A program made the position numbers and the translations under genes. A stretch of DNA of 39,989 nucleotides from Klebsormidium nitens (taxonomy: Eukaryota > Plantae > Klebsormidiophyceae), in NCBI GenBank assembly GCA_000708835.1, contig DF237676.1, forward strand, positions 1 to 39,989, read 5' to 3'. The notes under the pieces are model-generated. The model was not told where the DNA came from and did no database searches. It saw only the letters and a list, made by a program, of their open reading frames with translations. Positions 14,651 to 24,118 of the stretch are shown one piece after another (positions within the stretch are counted from its first letter, which is position 1; the number at the start of each line of letters is the position of its first letter).

Positions 14651-17600
14651 ATGGCTAGAGGCCGGCCTCATGGCCGGTCCAAGTCCGATCACCGGGTCTG
14701 TCAGGCAGCTCGACATGCACGTGCTGCTGAGTACAGAGAGAGGATTGCCATCAGCGCTGAGCAGCAGGAGGCGCGCATCGCTGCTGTGAACGCTGAGTGC
14801 GATCTTCAAGATGCCCCTCAGAAACGAAGAAGCCAGAAGTCCAGTGGTCGGAAGAAAGAGGCATGGACTGCTGGTGCGTCAGCACAGCGTGGGTCTTGCA
14901 AAGCATCTGGGAGTGGAAAGAAAAAGGCAAGTCAGTACCTTGGGGAAGCGCTTGGCAAAGCTACAGAAAGAGGTGAGTTTCTGGTGCATGTGCTTCTAGG
15001 TGGAGGGTTTTGACTTGTCAAGCAGGGGCCAGGCAGAAGCTGGGACGCGTTGCGCTGCAACTTTCGCGTTTATCAGAAAAGTGAAAGGCAGTATGTACTA
15101 AGAAGAGCGTCTTCTTTGTGATGCGCAAATTGCGGTACAGCGTGCGGCTGGCTCGTAACTCTGCCAAGGTTAGTATGGGCTCAGTTTGAAAAGGTTGCCC
15201 CCAGGCCTCCCTTTGCACCAGGAACAATGTGCTTCATCCATAAGTATAATGACTGCTGGCCCTGCAGGGACGTACCACACTTTGCCTCTGCCTCTTTCGA
15301 AGATAAGAGGCGCATTCCCTGTACATGCTGTCAGTAAAGAGCTAAGCAATCTCAGCGAGTACGGCCGTCCTTGCAATGTACCAAGATCAGCCTCTTTCTC
15401 GAGCACGCACCAGGTATTGCATGCATCTCCGAGTTTAGACTCCAGAACCAACCTCTGCCCTTCTTCACTGCAGACTTGCACAGCTTTCATTGCCACGCGT
15501 GCGGCGCTACTGCAGAGTTTGGGTTGAGGGGAAGCAAGGAGGGGGGCATCGTCAAGTACTCGTGCAGAGCGCACTCCACGTCCAATGGTTGCTTTCGAGT
15601 GGACCGAGACCGCGCAGGTGAGAGCAGCCGGGGAGCCTGCTGTTGACATGGTCTGAACTTCATGCAACGCTCATAGCTGCCCTCCCATTGATACAATGAT
15701 CCTTTGAGAAAGACCTCGAGAAATTTACGTGCTCTGTATGCTCTTGCAGATTGGGCAGAGGACCAAGAGCTGCGCCGCTTGAGAGCAGAGGAGAGAAGAT
15801 TGGAAGAGGAGCTGCGAAAGCTGGGAGGGACCTCGTTCGCAGCGGAACCAGCGGCAGGTGAGCGTTCCAGGCGCGATCTGACACCATGGATTGTGCTCTT
15901 ATACTCAATCTGGGGCAGCAAGTTCCCTGTCATGCCTCGAATGCGTTGTGGCTCTTTCTGCTGTGCATTGGACACATGGATCAATAGTGACTGCAAGTCA
16001 ACGCTTCACTGTTCTCGCCTGCAGCTTGGAAAGGATTCCAAAGTAAGGGGGTTTGGGCTTCGGCACCCATGAGCCAATCGCTCATAGGTAAGGCACTTCG
16101 ATAGCAGCTCTGGATCTGCAGTTCGCTCGTGAAGCAGGTGGCCTTCCTCTGAACATGCGAAAATGTAAAGCACTTGGGCTTCTACGACGTTTCTGACATG
16201 TTTTGTTTGGAAATTGCTGGCTGCTTGTGGATAAGGGCAGCGTCGCACATGCAGCATCTGAATGTGGTGTCCTCCCATGCAGCAATGCTACTCACTATCG
16301 GCGGAGTCGAACGCAACCCGGGCCCTACTTCAAAGGAGGTGAGCCTGGACAAGAGGACCTGCCTCCTGCAGTTCAGGGTCCAGCACCAATTGTACTCGAG
16401 CATTAAGGAGCAACTGTGTGATTTTTCTCAGTGTCCATGTTATCGAGAGCGGGTTATACATTGTTGTGCTGATCTTTGCTGTCTCGCTACTACAGGAGAA
16501 AGAGCTGGCTTTGAAGACGAGCTGGCAGGAAGTAGATCCTGAGATTGACTCCGACCTGCTGGACCACCTGGCAAAGCAGCAGCTCACCTTGGAACGCTGG
16601 AGAGGGATGACCGATGACGGCCGCTCTAAGCTTCTTGACCGACTTGAACGCAGGTATCCAGGGCCAGGGAACTGGTTGTTGGGCTGGACTGCGATCTTCG
16701 ATAAAGCTGCGGGTAAGCAGCTCCCTCTATTAGACGAGTAGGGTCGCTTCGATGCAATCCGCTTGGAGTCAATCCGCTTGGAGTCAGGCCTATAGAGGTT
16801 TTCAAGCAGTACGGATAAGGGAACCTTCTGGTGTTGTTCGCCAGCATGTGGGACCGGAAAGCTGGAAGAGGATGGCACGCCAGGGGCCTTTGCTGATTGG
16901 AAGGTCGCTCTTTGGTATTTCTGCTGATGTGATTGTAGTTTGTCCTTGTTTGGTATCAACCCTGCTCACAAGCCGATTTCCTCATCAAGCAGTGCCTTTC
17001 ATTGTTGCGAAGTCTGAACAGGTGCTTCATAGTCTTCTTAATCTGCAATCTGTGGGCTGCTTGTAGCATTTGAGGCTGTTACTTGGTAGGCTTGGTCTCC
17101 AAGTGCAGCGTCAAATGAATTTTTCAGTCATAAAGTTGGTTCCTTAGAGGGGATACATATAAGTTAACCTACACTCAAAAACATGTAGCTAGATGGAAGC
17201 TCGGATAGTATGCTGTTTCTGGAACAAGCTCAACCAGACCAAAAGCTTGATGCGCTGCAGGGGTTCCATCCGGCCATGCTAAAACCAGCTTCAAACGTTC
17301 CACATGCCTTGATACATCAGACATCGGGGTTCTTGCGAAGGGTCTGGTGAAGAAAAGGAGATTGGAGCTTGAGCAAGCAGGAGAAGCGCAAAAGGGCCTC
17401 TTCGAGATTGGTTGGAGCATCCTGCCGCGGGCAAAACCTTTGGGTGTCAAGGATCTACGTTTTCTAGTGCTGAAGGCAGAGCAGAAACTCGGAGTTGCGG
17501 TGATGGGGCGCTCCCATTTCAAGGCTCTAGTAGATCGTGCAGTCGCGCTTATGGAGGGAAAGCTGCCGGGCANNNNNNNNNNNNNNNNNNNNNNNNNNNN

Positions 17601-19161
17601 NNNNNNNNNNNNNNNNNNNNNNNNNNNNNNNNNNNNNNNNNNNNNNNNNNNNNNNNNNNNNNNNNNNNNNNNNNNNNNNNNNNNNNNNNNNNNNNNNNNN
17701 NNNNNNNNNNNNNNNNNNNNNNNNNNNNNNNNNNNNNNNNNNNNNNNNNNNNNNNNNNNNNNNNNNNNNNNNNNNNNNNNNNNNNNNNNNNNNNNNNNNN
17801 NNNNNNNNNNNNNNNNNNNNNNNNNNNNNNNNNNNNNNNNNNNNNNNNNNNNNNNNNNNNNNNNNNNNNNNNNNNNNNNNNNNNNNNNNNNNNNNNNNNN
17901 NNNNNNNNNNNNNNNNNNTTGGGAAGCCTGGGAGAGATTCTTGGAGTGCAAGAGGGTGGTGCAGATCACCAAGGGTTTGAAACGCATCTACGATCGGGTG
18001 AAGGCGAGAGGGGGAGACGATGTGAAAGAGTGGATAGACCAGATGAAAAAGATGGTTTACACAGACTCGTTTGTGGAGTTCAGCCTCACCAACTGGAACG
18101 ACATTGACTTACGGCATGTAGCGGTAGAGGGGAACAAAGTCCGGCCAGCGTACCCGCTAGTACGAGAAGCGATCGCCCACTTTGTGGAGCAGGTTCAAGG
18201 TCGGGCTGTCTTTTACAGTGACCAAGCAGTCTGGGCCGCTTTGTCCCAGGAGCTTGCGGGGGAGCGGGTACCGGCGGTAGCTGGACTGCTGACGGAGCGC
18301 TGCGCCATCGGCGCAATCATTGATGGTCAGGGCTACAAGGCAGTGCTAAAGATGGAGAAGTCGGAGCAAGTCAAACTGGTGTTCTTCGACCGGAATGCAG
18401 AGGCCTCTGCTGTGCTGACCGAACAAGAGGACTTCCGGAAGAGCGGACTTGAAACACGGATTGCTTGCTTCGTGCCTCGGACGCCGTTCTACCCTGCCAT
18501 GGATATGGCCATCGTGGTGTTCAAGAAGCCGAAGAACCAGCAAGGTGATTATCCAAATCCGCGAGCTGCTTGTGATCGCCTTAACTTGCTATCGTTGACC
18601 AGCAGGTGTTACCACCAAGGCTGCGACCGACATCCGAGATGTTGCTAGTTTGTTATGAACTGTCTGTAGGAACCGCGAACTTTCAAGCAGCTTCGTGACT
18701 ACTTACCCAACGTCCTCGATGAGTTGCTGATTGTCAAGACGTGCGGATGCAGTGGTTGCAATCCCAAGGTTGTGTAAAAAGATGGGCTAAATTTGATCCA
18801 ATCTCATCTATGCCGTTTTGCAGGGTTTGTGGAGCGGCTCACGAAAGTTCAAATGACACTGGAGTCAGCGCACGACCATCGTCGCTCGACCCAGACCGCA
18901 ATGCATATTGGCAACGTGAAGCCGTGGCTGGGTGGTGCAGAGCTAGAATCCGTGGACGTGGATTTCTGCTACATCGTGCCGGGTGCTCTTGTCAAGGGCA
19001 GGATTTCACGGCATACCGAGCCAGTAGAGGCAAAGTTGGGGACCACACGGGGACAAGCCGGATCTGTACAAATTGTTGCGCATACTCACATAGAGTTAGC
19101 TTTTGGCCAGCTAGATGGAAAGCTAGGACAGGTGGATAGGTGGCAGCGGGGGGGAAAATAG
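14651..19161 (+). CDS. Crinkler/RHS-like multi-domain effector gene: Zn-finger-like, coiled coil, 2A-like motif, SAM-like, (gap), restriction-endonuclease-fold domain
   Basis: Phase-compatible exon chain 14651-14972, 15474-15617, 15750-15857, 16283-16338, 16496-16712, 17261-18544 (contains the N gap) and 18824-19161. The C-terminus CFVPRTPFYPAMDMAIVVF...FVERLTKVQMTLESAHD...VDFCYIVP fits the P..FPA.D / Q.T...H / F..VVP pattern of Crinkler/RHS nuclease domains. The 18545 donor (gtgatt) is weak and extra micro-exons are possible. Confidence 0.6.
16283..16338 (+). other. Exon encoding a 2A/StopGo-like motif (MLLTIGGVERNPGP-TSKE)
   Basis: catgcag|ca atg cta ctc act atc ggc gga gtc gaa cgc aac ccg ggc cct act tca aag gag|gtgagc. 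It matches LLTCGDVEENPGP of T2A at 10/13 positions, with Gly in place of the usual Asp. Confidence 0.7.
17573..17918. other. Assembly gap (346 N)
   Basis: Run of N inside the long exon of the Crinkler-like gene. Confidence 1.
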
Positions 19162-19819
19162 TTGTACTAGCGAGAGCCGTCAAGCTGCCTTGATTTCAAT
19201 ATGCACGCTCTTGTGTATCCACTTTACTATCTGATCGCAGCCCTGATGCTCCCCACCTTGTGAGCAATTTCGGAGGACAATCTGCTACAGATTCTCCTTG
19301 CATCAAATCAGCGGCGAGTTTTGATTCATTGAAAGTGTCGCTTTTCATGCAATCCAAAGCACGTACTTAGATCACCATGGCATCGTTGCCAACCACATCA
19401 TGCACATGGTATCGATATCCGAGTGAGTGTGCCTCCGCGCGCCCAAGCGGCCATTGCAGAGCAAGAAGGCTGGGTGCATATTTTAATCAAGCAATGATGG
19501 CAAGAGGCCAGTTAGCGCGACCTTACATGGGGCCTCCTGGGCGCACCCCTTTTCGCAAAGGCTATATGCCATAATTGGGTGATATTGTAGCCTCGCGTTC
19601 AGACCCGTAGCGGGTTGTCCAGGCAACCGCGCGGGACGGAAGGGGGGGTAACGTGGCGCAAGGAGATTGGCGATATTTTATGCCGGATTTCAGATGGTTA
19701 GTTGTCCGAAGTTCGAGCTTGAAGTTGAAGTCACTTGAGACTCGAAGTTTGATAAATTAAGCGAATGAAAATCGTCGAAAGGCTGCCAAAGTTCTCGACT
19801 TGCAGTCTTGGCAGACATA

Positions 19820-20145
19820 CAGCATTTTCAGGGCATGCTTCCCGATCTAGATAGGGTGTATTTAGCCTAAACTTAGGCTAAATTTAGTGTAAGTTTAGTC
19901 ACATCACCAGATTAATTGACGTCATCTAAGAAAGTGACTGTAACACGTGGAAGAATATAGCGCGTCGGATGGAACTTGTCCGGTGGTTCTACGGCTCGAT
20001 GATCACCCCTGTTCTACTTTGGCGGTTGCTACTGCGGAAAGATGTTCGATGACGTCAAAGCAATAGCTAAAGTTTAGCTAAAATTTAGTATCTAAACAGA
20101 CCCTATCTATCGATCGCAACCGGGAAGCATGCCCTGAAAATGCTG
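19820..20145. mobile_element. MITE-like foldback element with 25-bp perfect terminal inverted repeats and TA flanks
   Basis: cagcattttcagggcatgcttcccg (19820-19844) and its exact reverse complement (20121-20145), with TA at 19818-19819 and 20146-20147. No coding capacity. Confidence 0.8.
19854..20103. mobile_element. Inner Tourist/PIF-like MITE nested in the foldback
   Basis: Termini gggtgtatttag ... ctaaacagaccc (10/12 inverted match) resemble GGGxxxGTTTAG Tourist ends. TA lies on both sides, with subterminal ctaaa/tttag repeats and an inverted ttgacgtcatc pair. Confidence 0.55.
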
Positions 20146-21048
20146 TAAAGAAGATCTGTACCGTCCAGGATTGCAAAAACGTTGACAATTTGTCGAGAGT
20201 GTGCATGGCGCGCGCCGGGAGCCTGCTGGCTATCAGGATCATCTACATGCTAGCACGCTACTTAAGGTGTAGGATATACAGACGGTCCGCTATTCCTATT
20301 CCTAAGCGCACTGAGTGCACTGCAGGCAGGCTCGTTCATTGGGTGCAAGATATCTCGTTAAACGCGTCCATGACCTGTTATCATTCTCAACAAGCTTAAT
20401 CATTCGTCTCCTTCCGGTCGCGCCTGCCCATTTTGCTTGATGCACGAGTCATGAGAAATTGCAGGTTGTGTGGGCCGCCTTTGCTTCCGCAACGAATGTC
20501 ATAAATCAATTACAACTAGTCTGTCGACGTTCAACACATTGTGCGCGTTTGGCTTGGGATCACGTGCGTATACATATCCAACTCATGTTCAATGCATGCT
20601 CCTTTTTCCCCACTGGTATTAAAACGCTCTCAACTGAACCTCCACGTGTCGCCTAGACATCGAACTGGTAATTGAATAGACCTAGTAGGAGGGCTGTGTT
20701 TGAAGAAGAAGCAACAAAGCCCTACGTGATTTACACTAGTCAGCTGTGCGACTTCTGTGCGACTGTGTCCCTGCCTGCTCTGTTAAGGCCAGGTACACAA
20801 TACCATGGAGCATGGCTTGCTGGCCCTGACTAATTCAAGACCAGGGAATGCTGTGCGACTAAACAGTTCCACGTTACTCCTGATTAAACGGTCTACTTAC
20901 ATCGAATCCTTTGAATCACTCAATGGTCTCCCCACGTGCTTGCTAAACAAGATACGGAAGCCTTAAGAGCCCATCGCCAGTCTACACAGTCACGGACCAC
21001 AAACATCAGGTATATATCAATGTGGAAAAACTCGAACATGTCCGCTAA

Positions 21049-23381
21049 CTACCTGGAAAACATCGACCGCCACCATGGCCGTCGCGAGCTGTCCGAGCTC
21101 TCCCCGGCCCTCTTAGAGGCCCCACTCAAGCCCTCCTTGCGAGCTCCACTGAGACTCCGTGGAATGTCCCAGCCAGTGAAGCTTCTGTCTTCGCGCAACC
21201 AGGACTGCTTCTCCGTGCTTTCCCTCGGTGTGCTTCCTGCGACCTCCGGCGACTGCCGGCGGGACGCGAAGGCCACAGGCTCCACTGCGCTTGAGGCCCT
21301 GGCGAAGGCGGGCTTGAGCAGCCGTGGCACTGCCAGCAGCTGGGGGAGGGCCAGCAGCCGGACCTTGGCGACCGCCTCAAACAGCTGCCCGTAGTCGGTG
21401 TCTGTGAAGCGGTCCCGGAACCAGCCCAGCGGTGCCACAGGCCCTGCTTCCTGCCCCGCCTGCGTATGCTCGCGCCCGGCGCCAACGGGCTTCGACATCC
21501 GGTTCTCCCTCCATCGAGCAAGGATGGGGACTCGCTCGTGCAGGGGAGGGAAGGCAGCCCCCCGCAATCGTAGCTGGTCTCTGAAAGAACCGGGAGTGAC
21601 GGGCTTGAACCGAATGAACTGCTGGGGGTTAGCCACCGCTGGCTCGGCAGGGGGAAGGGGGCGTGGGACAAGCTGCGAGCCTGCTACAACGGGGGCAATC
21701 GCATCAGCTTCGGCTGGCGGGCGGGCCTGAACCCCAGACGTCCTCAGCACTGTCACCCCGGGCGCAGTGGCTGCGTTGCTGAGCAGCGCAGCACTTTGCG
21801 GAGTCGGCTGAGGAGGGTGCATCTCAGCCAAGTGTGGGGAAATCTGGCGCGTTGCCTTGCTTGCTGCGGCCGCCTCTTTCCCTCGGGCAATCGCTTCTCG
21901 CACGAGCACCGCGTACTCCTGCCACAGGTCCACAAAGGCCTCAGACTTTACACTTCCAAGAGCAGGTCCCTGAGAAAAGTCTTTGGAATCTTTACTCCTC
22001 GTCTAAAGTCTCAATTCCTCAGATTGCACCCTCATAGATCCAGGCCAACCAAAGAGTCGTCTCACATCCCGGTATCTCAATTGCGCATTCAGCTAGGTTA
22101 TTAGCTTTTCTCCTGCAAATTTAAAGCCCGCTTGGAAAGCAACGGATATTTCAACTCTCAATAATTGCATACTTGCCTCAGCCTTTGACAAGACTGTAAT
22201 ACCACAAGTCCACAACCAAAAGACAATCCATGAAAGGAGCTGGCTTGGGGGGTTACCTGCTTTGCCCATGCAGCACGCTGCCGATGACGTCTCTGCCACT
22301 GCGCTGCCCCGCCCGTCTTCCACGCCTTCTTTTGGCCCCCCACCTTATCCACCAGCGCGCGCAGCGTCTCCTCCGACTGCATCCCCAGGTGGTACTCGTT
22401 GCCAACCTTCCAGGCGGGCACCTGAGACCAGATTGCCAAGATCTTCAGAGTTGCCGCTTAGACTCACCGACCGAATACCCGACTTACCCAGCTCCAGCAC
22501 AAGCACGCCCCTGCTCCCCACGCTATTCAGAAAAGCGTTACGTTGTATTGGGCTTGCACGCAATGAAGGTGTATGCTTAATGAAGTTTGCTCACAAGATG
22601 CAATCGATGCTCTTAGAGACCTTGCATTGTCCCCGCGCAATGCTGTGATACCTGAACCTGGGGTTCAGCTGCTTCAAGGCCTGAGAAAACATGGGGCAGA
22701 GCTGGTAATTCCTCCGAGGAATCGATTCTTCCGCCACGATTCAAGGGGGAAGTTTTGCAGCCTGGTCATCAGGCTGGACCCCTAGCTGCTGACATTAGCA
22801 CGCTAAAAGCAACCCTGAGACAGGTCGAAAATATCAAGAATAGGTGTCATGACCAGTAATGCAAGCTGAGAATCGAATCCTTACCTGCTTGATGTACGCT
22901 GTCTCGAGGGAGTTGAGCAGCAGGTCGCAGTCCACATACATGTCCTTCCAGCCACTGCGGTCGGCAAGCTGGTAAAGCATCGCCTTCTGCTGCCGACAAT
23001 TGAGGCACCAGCGGGTTCCGTACAACCTGCAGCAGTGAGTCAAAGCACATCAGAACCGCCACCTTGTGAGGATGTACACTTGGCATTAGTGTACGGAATT
23101 GGACCCTCTCTTGTTGTAAAAGCGAGGATCTGAAGCAGAGACAAATCAGGTGGATTGCACTGTGCTCTATTGCAATAATGCCCTCAATGCATGCCAAGTG
23201 GGCATACTCGAAGGACTGACAGAAAGTAGGCAATGACCAAAGGGAAAGCGACCTACTTGACCCCATGCCGCCTGAGATCCCTCATCAGGAGATGTTGTGG
23301 CGCTTCAGGGCTGTCCATCCACCTGTACGAGCCATCGGCAGCAGGAGCCGACGTGCTTGGTGCCTCCATCTCGATTGACAT
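21049..23381 (-). CDS. Thioredoxin-like CxxC protein (resembles the soluble Trx domain of VKOR/LTO1) with long low-complexity C-terminal tail
   Basis: Exons ~23381-23257, 23026-22885, (unresolved 22.4-22.8 kb), 22421-22257 and 21969-21049. The join gives LRRHGVK|LYGTRWCLNCRQQKAMLYQL...YVDCD and VPAWKVGNEYHLGMQSEETLRALV, compared with KMYGAYWC.HC..QK...YVEC and PTW.ING....G.QSL..L in VKOR-type Trx domains. Start codon uncertain. Confidence 0.65.
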
Positions 23382-24118
23382 TCCTCGAACATACCAAGAG
23401 AGATTCCCTTCATCTACTAGTACTACCCCATTTCATCCGCACTTTGGCCTCACTTTGGGGTGTTCTTCCTCTCGGGCGCACAATGACTCTGAGCTGTTGA
23501 ACACGCTACCTTTCATAGATATCAGACCGGATCCACGAAGAACACGCCATCGACTCTAGAGCCTAGAGGCGTTTCCATCGTAATGTCAGACCCTCCTTTT
23601 CACAGTGTTCAGCCATCACCGAATCCCGACGCCATGATGGATTTGAGGCAACCGCCATTCGCCGTCGGTACCGTAATCTTTTTGCACAAACTTCTCCACG
23701 ACAAACCGCCGTCGTTCGCAATCGGAAACTCAGAGTCTCTAAGTATGTGCCACGTGTATGCTTTGCGACCATCGTACGGTAATTTGGCCGTTCCATCATC
23801 CACTTGGCGCCATCTGGCCCATCTCCCCTTCACCTTCACCGTGACGTTCAACTCGGATACCTACCTACCGGTATCATGATTCAGTCACGCCTGCTGGGCC
23901 CGGGGGCACGTTCGCCGCACAGGGATGTTGAACCGGGAATTATTTCCTACCTAGCAATGGACTATTGTACCCGGCGCGCTAGCCTGCCGGTCGGGTGACA
24001 TCACTGGCCGGGCGGGTCACCTGACCACTCCAGTACGCCGGGTGAAGCCTGGCATGCAACCGATCTTCCTCCTCATTTCAATCGCTCTCGCGAAAGATCT
24101 ACCGGTATTCGAATTTCG

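Noticed and set aside
17175-18107. ORFs 17175-17987 (-), 17412-18107 (+) and 17537-17980 (+)
   Set aside because: Their length comes from reading through the N gap.
19861-20095. Interstitial telomeric repeat (tttag/ctaaa)
   Set aside because: No tandem TTTAGGG or TTTTAGGG units; better explained as MITE subterminal motifs.
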